Of a stretch of DNA of 55,472 bases, positions 29,102-39,055 are shown in pieces; position 1 is the stretch's first letter; each line of letters begins with the position of its first letter. Position numbers and translations under genes: made by a program. Source of the DNA: an uncultured Ruminococcus sp. (GTDB taxonomy: Bacteria; Bacillota; Clostridia; Oscillospirales; Ruminococcaceae); contig CAYZMU010000005.1 of NCBI GenBank assembly GCA_964479595.1, positions 5,298 through 60,769 of the forward strand. Direction: 5' to 3'. The notes below the pieces were generated by a model. The model was not told the DNA's origin. It was given only the letters and a program-made list of their open reading frames with translations, and searched no databases.

Positions 29102-32100
29102 TTACTCAATTGCCTTCATGGACGCCGCCATGTCAATATTCCGCAGTTTTCGCCCCAGAAGGAGGTTTACAACCGCCGTGAAGAGCATGGTAATCGCCGC
29201 GGAGAACAAAAAGCAGTACCACGGAATGTCCTTGGCGAACATCACCACGTCCACCTCCGCCGTCCGCACGACATACCTGCACAGAAAAACCCCTGCTACG
29301 AGCCCCGCGAGCATCCCCAAGAACGACGAGAGAATGTTCTCGCGGAAAATGTAGGCGCGGACCTCCTTTTCGTAAAATCCGAGAACTTTCAGCGTGGCGA
29401 GTTCCCGCGTGCGCTCCAGAATGTTGATATTCGCGAGATTGAAGAGCACCACGAACGCCAGCAGCCCGGAGAAAACGATAATCAGCAGCACGACATAGCC
29501 CAGAACCTGCACGAGATTGCGGAAATTCTGCCCGCTCTCGGCGGTGAACTCCAGACGCAGCAGCGCCCCGGTGTCGAGCAGCTCCCGCGCGAGCGCGTCC
29601 TCGTCGGTGTTCGCCGTCTCGTTGGCGAAGAAGCAGTTGGGCTCATATTCGCCAAAGAGCGATTCATAGACTTTCGGCGACATCATGATACGGTTCATCG
29701 CGTAGTTTTCCATAATCGCCGAGACGACGGCGGGCTCCCGGCTGTCCGCGATCGTTATCGTGTCGCCCACGCCGACGTCAAGCAGCGAGGCGAGTTTTTC
29801 GTTGATGATGACCCCGGTGTCGTCCAGCGTGTAGGGGGTGTGGGTCTCGCGGTCGCGCATGACGACAAAATCCGAAAACGTTCCGGGTTCCTCCGGCGCC
29901 GTCATCAGCACCTCATAGCTGTTGGACTCGGCCTGAACCGTGCCGCTCTTGAAACAGCCGAAAGCAAATCCCGTCAGTTCCTCACGCTCAGAAAGCGCGT
30001 CGGAGAGCGTTTCGCGGTTCTCTGCGTCCTCCTCGTCGTAGAGCCCGAAGACGTCATAGACAAAGATATCCTCGTACTGCAGGTCCACGATGGCGGCAAT
30101 CGCGTGGTAGAGTCCGAAACCCGTCACCAGCAGCGCCGTGCAGCCGCAGATGCCCAGCATGGTCATCAGCACGCGGCTGCGGTAGCGGCAGAAATTGCGA
30201 ATCGTCACCTTGACATTGAACGAGCAGCGCCGCCAGAGCCATTTGACGCGCTCGAGCAGGATTCTGCGGCCCTGTTTGGGGGGCTTGGGGCGCATGGAAT
30301 TCGCCGGCTCCTCCCGCAGCGCGGAAAGGCACGCCGCGAGGGACGTAAGCCCCGTGCAGAGCAGCGCCGCGCCCAGACAGCCCAGCGCGTAGTCCATGTG
30401 GTAGGGGCAGTTGATGAAGGGGAAGTGGTACATCATCTGGTAGCAGATGAAAATGACGCGCGGGAAGACCTGATAGCCGACGGCCGTGCCGACTGCGACA
30501 CCCAGCACGCTCGCGAGAAACGCGTACACCAGGAACTGCGCCGCGATGGTCCACGCGGAGAAGCCCAAGGCCTTGAGCGTGCCGATTTCCGTGCGCTGTT
30601 CCTCCACCATGCGCGTCATGGTCGTCAGGCAGACGAGCGCCGCGACCAGCAGGAAAAAGACGGGGAACACGCGCGCGATGCGGTCGATGCGGTCCGCGTC
30701 CTCGCCGTAGCTGGCAAACCCGGGGTTGTCGGAGCGGTCAAACGCGTACCACTCGATTTCGTCCGGGATGTTCGCAATCTCCTCCTCGGCGTCCGCGATG
30801 TCGCTTTCGCCCTGATCGAGTTTCTCCTTCGCCTCCGCGAGTTTCGCCCGCTCGGTTTCCTCCCGCGTTTCCAGTTCCGTCTTGCTGCTCTCATAGGATT
30901 CCTTCGCGGCCGCGAGCCGCGTCTTGCCCTCTTCCAAAGCCGTCGCGGAACTGTCAAGCTCCGCCTTCGCGGCATTGAGCTGTTCGCGCGCCGCGTCAAT
31001 CTGCGCCTGTGAGGTATTCAGCTGCGCGCTTGTCGCCTCCAGCGTGCTTTGGTTTGTCCGCAGCGTCTGCGAGGCCGTCGTCACCGCACCCGTCAGCGCG
31101 GCGTAAAGCTCGGCTTTCTGAGGCGCTTCCCCCGGCAGCGAAAGATAGGTGTCCAGCGCCCCGGAGACCGAAAACTGATCGGTATCGAGCCGCGCGGCCG
31201 CCGCGTAACCCGCCGCGTACGTCTGCGGCAGCGCCGTTTCAAGCGCTCCGTTCCGATACGCCTCCAAAAGCTCGGAGAGATTGGAAAGCGCCGTCTGCTG
31301 CGCGGCAATCTCTGAAAGCCCCGCGTCGGTCTGCTCTTTGGCGCTCGTCAGCTGCTCCTGCCGCGAATCCAGTTCCGCGGAGCCCGATTCATATTCGTTC
31401 AGCCCCGCGTCGTATTCCGCCTGCCCGCTCTCAAGCTGCGTTTCGCTCTCTTCTATCTGCGCGGCCGCCTCGTTCAGTTTGGTCCTGCCCTCCGCGAGCG
31501 CCGTTTCCAGCTCCTCCGAGCCGCTCTCGTATTCCGCGCGCGCCTCCTCAAGCTCCGCCTTCGATTGGTCAAGCTCCTCCCGCGCCTCGTCCTGCAGCGC
31601 CTTCGCCCCGGGCGCGGAAAGCTCCGCCTTCTGGTCGAGCAGCGCGTCGGCGTTTCGCTCCACAATGTCCATATAGTCGTCTTGGAAGCTGTTGACCCCG
31701 TCCGTTTCGGTGAGGGTCAGAAAAACGTCCGTATAGCGCGGGGAATCAAACGCCTCGGGCGGCACAATCAGAAAGCTGTCAATGCTGCCGTTGCCGATGG
31801 TGGTCGTGCCGCGCTCAAAATCCACGTACATGGACCAGTCCGCGCGCCCGACTATCGTAAATTCGGTCTCCTTGAGCAGCGTCGTTTCCTCGTCCGCGAC
31901 GGTAATCCGAAGGCTGTCCCCGACCGAAAAAGCCGCCGGGGTGTCGACCTCAATCAGGCACTCATCCGGTTTCTCGGGCAGCCGCCCCTCCGTGAGCGTC
32001 AGCGCGTTGATTTCCCCGCCCGCTTTGAGCCCCGGCTGCGGCAGGCTGTGGACAATGACGAGCTCGTTCGCGGAATCTTCTCCGACGGGGAGAAAAGCCG

Positions 32101-32401
32101 CCTCGGAATACGCTCCGTAAAGTTCCTCCACCGACGAGAGCCCCGCGATTTGCGCTAAATCATCCTCGTGAAAGCCCGCGGTCGAGACCAGCCGCACGTC
32201 CATGAGCCCGGTTTCGTTGTAATACTCCTCCGCGGAATCCTTCATGTCCCTGCCCGTGACCTTGAGCCCCGCGAAAAACGCCGAGGCGATGGCGATAATC
32301 CCGAACAGCGAGAGGAATCTGCCCATGGAGCGCCGCGCGCCGCGCAGGGTGTTGAGGCGGAGTCTGCGGGTGCCGTGATACCGCTTTTCGCGCTTTACCA
32401 T
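29102..32401 (-). CDS. ABC transporter permease, FtsX/MacB-like, two FtsX modules with a long coiled-coil extracytoplasmic insert
   Basis: 1099 aa. N-terminal TM, about 300 aa of Ala/Glu/Gln-rich heptad-like sequence (AELEEARAEYESGSEELE..., QLNAAKAELDSS...), and two 4-TM FtsX-like blocks (TEIGTLKALGFS, RELATLKVLGFY). Confidence 0.8.
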   Translation of the reverse strand: MVKREKRYHGTRRLRLNTLRGARRSMGRFLSLFGIIAIASAFFAGLKVTGRDMKDSAEEYYNETGLMDVRLVSTAGFHEDDLAQIAGLSSVEELYGAYSEAAFLPVGEDSANELVIVHSLPQPGLKAGGEINALTLTEGRLPEKPDECLIEVDTPAAFSVGDSLRITVADEETTLLKETEFTIVGRADWSMYVDFERGTTTIGNGSIDSFLIVPPEAFDSPRYTDVFLTLTETDGVNSFQDDYMDIVERNADALLDQKAELSAPGAKALQDEAREELDQSKAELEEARAEYESGSEELETALAEGRTKLNEAAAQIEESETQLESGQAEYDAGLNEYESGSAELDSRQEQLTSAKEQTDAGLSEIAAQQTALSNLSELLEAYRNGALETALPQTYAAGYAAAARLDTDQFSVSGALDTYLSLPGEAPQKAELYAALTGAVTTASQTLRTNQSTLEATSAQLNTSQAQIDAAREQLNAAKAELDSSATALEEGKTRLAAAKESYESSKTELETREETERAKLAEAKEKLDQGESDIADAEEEIANIPDEIEWYAFDRSDNPGFASYGEDADRIDRIARVFPVFFLLVAALVCLTTMTRMVEEQRTEIGTLKALGFSAWTIAAQFLVYAFLASVLGVAVGTAVGYQVFPRVIFICYQMMYHFPFINCPYHMDYALGCLGAALLCTGLTSLAACLSALREEPANSMRPKPPKQGRRILLERVKWLWRRCSFNVKVTIRNFCRYRSRVLMTMLGICGCTALLVTGFGLYHAIAAIVDLQYEDIFVYDVFGLYDEEDAENRETLSDALSEREELTGFAFGCFKSGTVQAESNSYEVLMTAPEEPGTFSDFVVMRDRETHTPYTLDDTGVIINEKLASLLDVGVGDTITIADSREPAVVSAIMENYAMNRIMMSPKVYESLFGEYEPNCFFANETANTDEDALARELLDTGALLRLEFTAESGQNFRNLVQVLGYVVLLIIVFSGLLAFVVLFNLANINILERTRELATLKVLGFYEKEVRAYIFRENILSSFLGMLAGLVAGVFLCRYVVRTAEVDVVMFAKDIPWYCFLFSAAITMLFTAVVNLLLGRKLRNIDMAASMKAIE

Positions 32402-33096
32402 TCGATTTCCTCCACGGGACGCGGGTTGTCGTTGACGCGCGTGGAGCGGATTTTGCCGCTGCGCATCTCAATCACGCGGTCCGCCATGGGCATCAGCGCG
32501 CTGTTGTGCGTGATGACGACGACCGTCATGCCGTCCTTTCGGCAGCTGTCCTGCAAAAGGCGCAGCACGGTCTTGCCCGTCTGGAAATCGAGCGCCCCGG
32601 TGGGTTCGTCGCAGAGCAAAAGCTTCGGGTTTTTCGCCAGCGCGCGCGCGATGGAGACACGCTGCTGCTCCCCGCCGGAGAGCTGCGCCGGGAAGTGGTC
32701 GGCTCTGTCCAGCAGCCCCACTTTCTCAAGCATCTGTTCGGGCGAGGCGGCGTTTTTGCAGATTTCCGAGGCCAGCTCGATATTCTCCAGCGCGGTGAGG
32801 TTCTGGATAAGATTGTAAAACTGGAAAACAAAGCCGATATCCTCGCGGCGGTAGCGGGTGCGCTCCTTGGAGGAAAAGCTGTCCACGCGCGCGGAATCGA
32901 CGAGAATCTGCCCCTCGTCGCAGCGGTCCATGCCGCCCAGAAGGTTCAGTACGGTGGTTTTTCCCGCGCCGGAGGGCCCAACAATCAGGGCAAACTCGCC
33001 CTTTTCGATGGAAAAGCTCACATGGTCCGAGGCCAGCACCGCGACGCCCTCCCCGCGGTAGGCCTTGCAGACATCTTTGAGTTCAATAAAAGCCAA
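32395..33096 (-). CDS. ABC transporter ATP-binding protein
   Basis: Walker A GPSGAGKTT, signature LSGGEQQRV, Walker B LLLCDEPT. TTG 33096 with a GAGG RBS is chosen because the ORF-track start 33198 would overlap hpt. Confidence 0.88.
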   Translation of the reverse strand: MAFIELKDVCKAYRGEGVAVLASDHVSFSIEKGEFALIVGPSGAGKTTVLNLLGGMDRCDEGQILVDSARVDSFSSKERTRYRREDIGFVFQFYNLIQNLTALENIELASEICKNAASPEQMLEKVGLLDRADHFPAQLSGGEQQRVSIARALAKNPKLLLCDEPTGALDFQTGKTVLRLLQDSCRKDGMTVVVITHNSALMPMADRVIEMRSGKIRSTRVNDNPRPVEEIEW

Positions 33097-33106
33097 TGGT
33101 ATCGCC

Positions 33107-33646
33107 TCAAAATTCAAGATACATGATATCGGTGAGAGTCCTGTAGCGGTCGTTGTAGTCAAGCCCCCAGCCGACCACGAACAGGTCCTCAATCTCAAAG
33201 CCCGTGTAGTCGGGTTTTACATGGGCAAAGCGCGGGTCCCTGCGCGAAGGCTTGTCCAGGAGCGCGCAGACCCGCAGACGCCTCGCCCCGCGGCGCTCAA
33301 ACGTGCGCAGCACCGTGTCAATCGTCTGTCCCGTGTCCACAATGTCCTCGAGAATCAGCACATCTCTGCCGTTCAGATCAAGGTTTTCGCCGAGTTCAAA
33401 CAGCGGCGCGCCCGCGGGCCTTGTGCCGGAATAGGAACAGAGCTTGATAAAATCCAGACGTATCGGTATCGTCAGGACGCGCGTCAGTTCGCAGGCGAAA
33501 TAGACCGCCCCGCGCAGCGTGCAGAGACAGAGCAGCGGGTTTTCCTCCGTTATATCGGAAAAATCGCGGGAAATCTCAGTGCCCAGACGCGCAATCGCGG
33601 CGCGTACTTCGGCTTCCGGTATCAAAAGATTTAACTTCTCCGCCAT
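33107..33646 (-). CDS. hpt: hypoxanthine phosphoribosyltransferase
   Basis: 179 aa. PRPP-binding motif VLILEDIVDTGQT and C-terminal GWGLDYNDRYR. Confidence 0.92.
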   Translation of the reverse strand: MAEKLNLLIPEAEVRAAIARLGTEISRDFSDITEENPLLCLCTLRGAVYFACELTRVLTIPIRLDFIKLCSYSGTRPAGAPLFELGENLDLNGRDVLILEDIVDTGQTIDTVLRTFERRGARRLRVCALLDKPSRRDPRFAHVKPDYTGFEIEDLFVVGWGLDYNDRYRTLTDIMYLEF

Positions 33647-33658
33647 AGCGATGCCCCC

Positions 33659-33687
33659 TTGACAAATCAGCGCGATTTTGCTATTAT
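33659..33687 (+). promoter_or_regulatory. sigma-A type promoter of the flavin reductase-lipoprotein-GH5 unit
   Basis: TTGACA (33659-33664), 17 nt spacer, TATTAT (33682-33687). Confidence 0.55.
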
Positions 33688-33714
33688 TATACTATGAGAG
33701 CGCGAAAATGTCAA
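33686..33714 (-). promoter_or_regulatory. sigma-A type promoter of hpt (and the ABC genes)
   Basis: On the minus strand: TTGACA (33714-33709), 17 nt spacer, TATAAT (33691-33686). Confidence 0.55.
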
Positions 33715-33751
33715 GACTTGCGCGCTCGCCACAGCGAAAGGAAGGATTGCT

Positions 33752-34330
33752 ATGAAGAAGAATCTCGGGGTCAAGCCCTATCTCTTTCCGATGCCTGTCG
33801 CCATTATCGCGGCGTACGGCGCGGACGGCTCCATCTGCGCGATGAACGCGGCGTGGGCGCAGATTTGCGAAATGGACAAAATTGCCCTGTTCATCAGCGA
33901 GGAGCACAAGACCACCAAAAATATCCGCGAAACCTCCGCGTTCACCGTGAGCATCGCGGACCGCGCGCACATTGAGGCGGCGGATTTTCTCGGTATCGCG
34001 ACGGGGAACAAAATGACGGACAAATTCGCCCGCAGCGGCCTTACCGCGGTTAAAAGCGAGTTCGTGAACGCCCCTGTCATTCAGGAATTTCCGCTCACAC
34101 TCGAATGCGAGCTGGCGGAGATTGTCAGCACGGAAAACCTGCACGCGGTTGTGGGGAAAATTGTCAATGTGCTGGCGGACGAGCGGGTTCTGGACGAATC
34201 CGGGAAGGTCTGCCCCGAAAAACTCGACGCCATTCTCTTTGACCAGTTCCGTTCGGGCTATTACGCCATCGGCGAGAAAGCGGGACAGGCGTGGAACAGC
34301 GGCATGACGCTGATGCCGGAAGAACGCTGA
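33752..34330 (+). CDS. flavin reductase family protein (flavoredoxin-like)
   Basis: 192 aa. PMPVAIIAAYGADGSICAMNAAW and FTVSI are typical of the FMN-binding split-barrel flavin reductase family. AAGGAAGGA RBS. Confidence 0.75.
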   Translation: MKKNLGVKPYLFPMPVAIIAAYGADGSICAMNAAWAQICEMDKIALFISEEHKTTKNIRETSAFTVSIADRAHIEAADFLGIATGNKMTDKFARSGLTAVKSEFVNAPVIQEFPLTLECELAEIVSTENLHAVVGKIVNVLADERVLDESGKVCPEKLDAILFDQFRSGYYAIGEKAGQAWNSGMTLMPEER

Positions 34331-34352
34331 CGCGCGGGGGAGGAGAGCGCTT

Positions 34353-35078
34353 ATGATTTTTAACAAAAGGATGACGGCGCTGCTGCTGGCGGGGCTTTGC
34401 GCCGCGGCGCTGGCGGGCTGCAGCAAGTCTGATGATGATTCGGAAGCGTCCGCGGAGACGACCGTCTCGCAGACCGCCGAAACGACTGCCGCGCAGACCA
34501 CGTCCGCCGAGACGACGGCCGCGGCGGAGCAGACGACAACCGCGCCGCAGACCACCGCTTCTTCGGCGAGTACGACGGCATCGAGCGGGACGACCGCGTC
34601 AACCACACCGCCCCCGCAGGCGGAGAACGTCAAGATTCTCTGGAGCGAGCGCGGGCTGGAGGCTGTGGCGGCGGACAGCACGGAAGGCTACGGCGAGCCG
34701 CTGGCAACGGGAAGTACCTATCTGGATTGGACACTGCGGTCCGTTACGGGGAGCCTCGGGGACTTAACACTCGATTTTGATTACGCGGGCGAGCTGCAGA
34801 CAAACGGCATCGCGGAGATTCTGCCCTCTGACCACGCGGCGTATCCGAACGCGCTCTACCTGCGCGTGGACAATCAGGCGGATTTCCCGTATTTCCCGAG
34901 CGACACGCGCGAGCGCGGAAAGTTCATCATCGAAAACTCGGATGAGGCGAAAGAAATGCTCAAGGTGGAAGCCGGCGAGCAGTCCGTGGCGGTCGCGGTC
35001 AATATCACCACGCTGAAAATCCATCTCTCCCCGGACGGCTACGACCTCGTCACCGTGACGAGTGCCTCGAGACGCTGA
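34353..35078 (+). CDS. putative lipoprotein with Thr/Ala-rich linker, unknown function
   Basis: GGGGAGGAG RBS. Lipobox LLAGLCAAALAGC. About 70-aa T/A/S linker, then a roughly 140-aa globular domain. Confidence 0.6.
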   Translation: MIFNKRMTALLLAGLCAAALAGCSKSDDDSEASAETTVSQTAETTAAQTTSAETTAAAEQTTTAPQTTASSASTTASSGTTASTTPPPQAENVKILWSERGLEAVAADSTEGYGEPLATGSTYLDWTLRSVTGSLGDLTLDFDYAGELQTNGIAEILPSDHAAYPNALYLRVDNQADFPYFPSDTRERGKFIIENSDEAKEMLKVEAGEQSVAVAVNITTLKIHLSPDGYDLVTVTSASRR

Positions 35079-35079
35079 G

Positions 35080-36390
35080 ATGAGGACGCTGAAACGCTTT
35101 TCGGCGCTGCTGCTGGCGGCGTTGACCGTTCTGACGGGCTGCCATTCCGAGCGCGGCAGTGAGGACAGCGCTCTGAACACGACAGCGGAACTGACCACTG
35201 CCTCACAGACGTCAACGTCGGCGCCGGACACAACCGCGCCGTCTCAAACTACTCGGAGCGTCTCAACCGCTCCCACAACCGGGGATGACGCCATGGTGCC
35301 GCAGCTGCAGCTGGAGCCTTTTCAGATTCCCGACAGCGAGGGTCTGCGCTTTGTGCGGGATTTGGGGATAGGCTGGAATCTCGGCAATACTTTTGACGCG
35401 CACGACGCGGAAGACATCGAGGACGAGATGGACTACGAATCCGCGTGGTGCGGGGAAGTGACGACAAAGGAAACCATCGCGGCCGTCAAGGAGGCGGGGT
35501 TTCAGACCGTGCGGATTCCCGTTTCGTGGCACAACCACGTCGACGCGAATTTTCAGATCTCGCAGCCGTGGCTCCAAAGAGTCCGGGAGGTCGCCGACTG
35601 GTGCCTGGAGAGCGGGCTGTACGTGATTGTGAATATCCACCACGACAACGCGCAGGAGTACTACTACCCCGACAACGCCCATCTGGAGGCGTCCAAGAAG
35701 TACTGCGCTGCCATCTGGCGTCAGGTGGCGGAGGCGTTCGCGGACTGTGACGACCATCTGATTTTAGAGTCGCTCAACGAGCCGCGTCTGGTCGGGACTT
35801 CGAACGAGTGGTGGTTTGACCCCAATAACGCGCAGTGCCGCGAGGCGCTCACCTGTATCAATACGTTAAATCAGCTCTTTGTGGACACCGTACGGGCCGC
35901 GGGCGGCAACAACGCGCGGCGGTATCTGCTCTGTCCCGCCTACTGTGCCGCGCCCGACGCCGCGCTGGACGGCGAGTTCAGACTGCCCAATGACCCGCAG
36001 AACCGCGTGATTCTCTCCGTACACGCCTACACGCCCTATGATTTCGCGCTCGATATGCCCGGGCGGTCGGATTTCTCCTGCGAGAATGACGGCGACAAAC
36101 GCGCGGTGACGGATTTTATGGACAAGATCTATCAGAAGTTTGTCCAGAACGGCACGCCTGTGCTGATTAGCGAGTTTGGCGCGCGCAGCAAGGACAACTT
36201 GGAAGCGAGGGTGCAGTTTGCCGCGTTCTATACGGCGGCGGCGCGCGCGAGAGGCATCTCCTGCTGCTGGTGGGACAACAATTCCTTCACGGACGAGGAG
36301 GGGGAGAATTTCGGGCTGCTGTTTCGTTCGGCGTCTGTTTTCAGCTTCCCCGAAATCGTCGCGGCGCTGATAAAATACGGCGCGGTGTGA
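35080..36390 (+). CDS. glycoside hydrolase family 5 (cellulase-type) lipoprotein
   Basis: Lipobox LLAALTVLTGC, Thr/Ser linker, GWNLGNTFD, VNIHHD, acid/base ESLNEPR and nucleophile LISEFG. ATG 35080 follows the previous stop by 1 nt. Confidence 0.85.
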   Translation: MRTLKRFSALLLAALTVLTGCHSERGSEDSALNTTAELTTASQTSTSAPDTTAPSQTTRSVSTAPTTGDDAMVPQLQLEPFQIPDSEGLRFVRDLGIGWNLGNTFDAHDAEDIEDEMDYESAWCGEVTTKETIAAVKEAGFQTVRIPVSWHNHVDANFQISQPWLQRVREVADWCLESGLYVIVNIHHDNAQEYYYPDNAHLEASKKYCAAIWRQVAEAFADCDDHLILESLNEPRLVGTSNEWWFDPNNAQCREALTCINTLNQLFVDTVRAAGGNNARRYLLCPAYCAAPDAALDGEFRLPNDPQNRVILSVHAYTPYDFALDMPGRSDFSCENDGDKRAVTDFMDKIYQKFVQNGTPVLISEFGARSKDNLEARVQFAAFYTAAARARGISCCWWDNNSFTDEEGENFGLLFRSASVFSFPEIVAALIKYGAV

Positions 36391-36437
36391 CCTGTGCGCT
36401 GTCCCGTGAGCCGCGGCTGACGTCTCATAAATATCAC

Positions 36438-36470
36438 AAAAAAAGACCTCCCATAAACGGGAGGTTTTTT
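36438..36470. terminator. bidirectional intrinsic terminator between GH5 and cysE
   Basis: A7 run, ACCTCCC (36446-36452), 6 nt loop, GGGAGGT (36459-36465), then a T6 run. Confidence 0.75.
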
Positions 36471-36480
36471 GCGTACCGCG

Positions 36481-37107
36481 TTATTTTTTGTGTTCGAGCG
36501 CGCCCACACGGCGGGAGAGCTTGGAGAGTTCCTGCGCGACAGGGTCGGGAATATGGATCTGGTCCAAATCCGACAGCCGCACACCGTTCATCTTGACGAC
36601 CCGGGCGGGCACGCCGACCGCCGTGGCGTTCGCGGGAACATCCTTGAGCACCACCGCGCCCGCGGCGATTTTGGCGTTGTCCCCGACTGTGAGCGGCCCC
36701 AGAACCTTCGCGCCCGCGCCCACCATAACATTGTTGCCGAGCGTGGGGTGGCGTTTGCCCCGGTCCTTTCCCGTTCCGCCGAGCGTCACGCCCTGATAGA
36801 GCGTGCAGTAATCCCCGATGACGGTGGTTTCCCCGATGACGACGCCCATGCCGTGGTCGATAAAGAGCCCCTTGCCGATGGTCGCGCCGGGGTGGATTTC
36901 AATCCCCGTGAAGAAACGCGCCAGCTGCGAGACAATCCGCGCCAGTGTCGGGAAGCCGTGCTTTAAGAGACTGTGCGCGATTCTGTGCGCCAAAACCGCG
37001 TGCAGCCCGGAATAAGTCAGAAGAATTTCGAAGAAACCGCGCGCCGCCGGGTCGCGTTCCTGAACGGAATGCACCTCGCTGCGGATCGCGGTGATGAATT
37101 TGAGCAT
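36481..37107 (-). CDS. cysE: serine O-acetyltransferase
   Basis: 208 aa. [17 protein letters not shown] and hexapeptide repeats up to the C-terminus. Confidence 0.9.
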   Translation of the reverse strand: MLKFITAIRSEVHSVQERDPAARGFFEILLTYSGLHAVLAHRIAHSLLKHGFPTLARIVSQLARFFTGIEIHPGATIGKGLFIDHGMGVVIGETTVIGDYCTLYQGVTLGGTGKDRGKRHPTLGNNVMVGAGAKVLGPLTVGDNAKIAAGAVVLKDVPANATAVGVPARVVKMNGVRLSDLDQIHIPDPVAQELSKLSRRVGALEHKK

Positions 37108-37134
37108 AATGACCCCCCTAAGGTCTGCGGCGTG

Positions 37135-37716
37135 CTACTGATTCGGGTCAATGTCCTTCCAGTAGTGCGTGAGGTAGCGAATCCCCGAGAGAACCGTCAG
37201 CCCCGCCGCGATCCAGAAAAGCACGTCCAGCGCGATTTCAATCCCTGTAAAGACGTTCTTCGCCTGAATCCCGAACGCGCCGAAGTCGTCGCGGAAGGAG
37301 AGGTAGAAAAGCTGCGCGACAATCGCCGTCATCGTGAAGGCGGTTTTGAGCTTGCCCGCCAAATCCGCGGGGACGACCGTGCCTTTTCCCGCGACCACGA
37401 GCCGCAGCGCCGAGACCATGAATTCCCGCGCGACAATGAGCAGAAAAACGACGATATTGAGATACTGCCGCTGCAGCAGACACGCGAGCGCCGTCACGAC
37501 AAGCACCTTGTCCGCGAGCGGGTCCAGAAACTTCCCGAAATCGGTGACCAGTCCCAATTTCCGCGCGAGATGGCCGTCAATCGCGTCTGTGACGGACGCC
37601 GCGACAAAGACGATGGCGGCGGCGAGCATATGCGCGGGGAACGGCACATAAAAGCATATCACAAAGACCGGGACCAGAAAAACACGCAGAAGCGTCAGTT
37701 TATTCGGTGTGTTCAC
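37135..37716 (-). CDS. pgsA: CDP-diacylglycerol--glycerol-3-phosphate 3-phosphatidyltransferase
   Basis: CDP-alcohol phosphatidyltransferase motif DAIDGHLARKLGLVTDFGKFLDPLADK. N-terminal PNKLTLLR. Confidence 0.9.
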   Translation of the reverse strand: MNTPNKLTLLRVFLVPVFVICFYVPFPAHMLAAAIVFVAASVTDAIDGHLARKLGLVTDFGKFLDPLADKVLVVTALACLLQRQYLNIVVFLLIVAREFMVSALRLVVAGKGTVVPADLAGKLKTAFTMTAIVAQLFYLSFRDDFGAFGIQAKNVFTGIEIALDVLFWIAAGLTVLSGIRYLTHYWKDIDPNQ

Positions 37717-39043
37717 GCTGCGTCACCTCGCCGATTAAATCATAATCCAAAGTATCCACGATTCGCGCCTTCACGTACTCCCCGACTCTGAGCCCGTCCT
37801 CGGGTTTGCCGGGTATGAACAGTTTCCCATCAATATCCGGCGCGTCGCGGCGCGTGCGTCCGAAGAAGCAGTCCCCCCATTTGTCGTAGCCCTCAATCAC
37901 GGCGTCCACAATCTCCCCGCGCATCTGTTCATTCTTTTTCGCGGAGATGAGCAGCTGCTGGCGCATGAGCGAATCCGCGCGGCTTGCCCTGATTTCCTCG
38001 TCCACGCGCGGTGTCATGTTCGCCGCGGGCGTGTTTTCCTCCTCGGAATAGGCAAAGCACCCCATGCGGTCAAATTCCATTTCGTTTACAAATGCGGAAA
38101 GCCGCTCAAAGTCTTCTTCCGTCTCCCCCGGAAAGCCCGTCATCAGAGTTGTGCGCAGCGTAACCCCCGGGATTTTCGCCCGGATACGCGCAAAAAGCGC
38201 GCGGAGAGTTTCCTCGCTGCCCTGGCGGTTCATGGCGCGGAGAATCTTTTCGCTGCAGTGCTGAATCGGAATATCCAGATATTTTACAATCTTGTCCTCG
38301 CCCGCGATGACGTCAATCATCTCGTCGGTGACGCGCTCGGGGTAGAGGTAGAGCACCCGAATCCAGCGAAACCCCTCGATTCGACAGAGCGCGCGCAGCA
38401 GCTCGCAGAGTCTGGATTCGCCGTAAAGGTCCTCGCCGTAGCGCGTGGTGTCCTGCGCGATGACCACCAGCTCCGTAACGCCCGCGTCCGCCAGAAACCG
38501 CGCCTCCTCAAGCACTTTCTCCATCGGAACGGAGCGGTATTTTCCCCGTATCTGAGGGATGGCGCAGTAGGAGCAGCCGTTGGAACAGCCCTCCGCGATT
38601 TTGAGATAGGCGAAGAACGGCAGCGTGGAGATGATTCGGTCTCCCCAGAGGGGCATCTGGCTCTTTTGCGCGAAACGCAGCACCCTGCAGCCCTGCGAAA
38701 TGCGGTCGATGACCTCGCAGATCCGCGGCTCGTCCCCGATTCCGATGACGGCGTCCACTTCCGGGAAGAGTTCCGCCGTTTCCTCCCGATAGCGCTCCGC
38801 GAGACAGCCCGTCACGATAATGCCCTTGAGCTGCCCCTCCTCCTTGAGTTTCGCGAGCTCGAGGATGGTCTCAATCGCCTCTTCCTTGGCGCTCTGGATA
38901 AACCCGCAGGTGTTGACAACGGCGATTTCGGCGTCGCCCGGCTCCACCGTCAGCGTGTGGCCGTGCGCGCGCAGCAGATGGAGCATCCGCTCAGAATCGA
39001 CTAAGTTCTTGGCACAGCCAAGCGAAACGACACTGACGACCAT
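37700..39043 (-). CDS. rimO: ribosomal protein S12 methylthiotransferase
   Basis: 447 aa. N-terminal SLGCAKN, radical SAM CSNGCSYCAIP and a C-terminal TRAM domain. Confidence 0.88.
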   Translation of the reverse strand: MVVSVVSLGCAKNLVDSERMLHLLRAHGHTLTVEPGDAEIAVVNTCGFIQSAKEEAIETILELAKLKEEGQLKGIIVTGCLAERYREETAELFPEVDAVIGIGDEPRICEVIDRISQGCRVLRFAQKSQMPLWGDRIISTLPFFAYLKIAEGCSNGCSYCAIPQIRGKYRSVPMEKVLEEARFLADAGVTELVVIAQDTTRYGEDLYGESRLCELLRALCRIEGFRWIRVLYLYPERVTDEMIDVIAGEDKIVKYLDIPIQHCSEKILRAMNRQGSEETLRALFARIRAKIPGVTLRTTLMTGFPGETEEDFERLSAFVNEMEFDRMGCFAYSEEENTPAANMTPRVDEEIRASRADSLMRQQLLISAKKNEQMRGEIVDAVIEGYDKWGDCFFGRTRRDAPDIDGKLFIPGKPEDGLRVGEYVKARIVDTLDYDLIGEVTQREHTE

Positions 39044-39055
39044 CTCTTTCCTCCT

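Noticed and set aside
29057-31012. 651-aa plus-strand ORF, and similar long ORFs at 39344-40924 (+), 45161-46660 (+), 20435-21664 (+), 11007-12290 (-), 14458-15678 (-), 33692-34681 (-), 36973-37791 (+) and 48335-49417 (+)
   Set aside because: All lie antisense to genes with strong family signatures (ABC permease, recA/recX, leuC, argD, fumA-like/transferase, YidC-TagF, flavin reductase, pgsA, ilvC). Their translations are Arg/Gly/Ala/His/Pro-rich low-complexity sequence, typical of shadow ORFs in GC-rich DNA with a GC3 bias.
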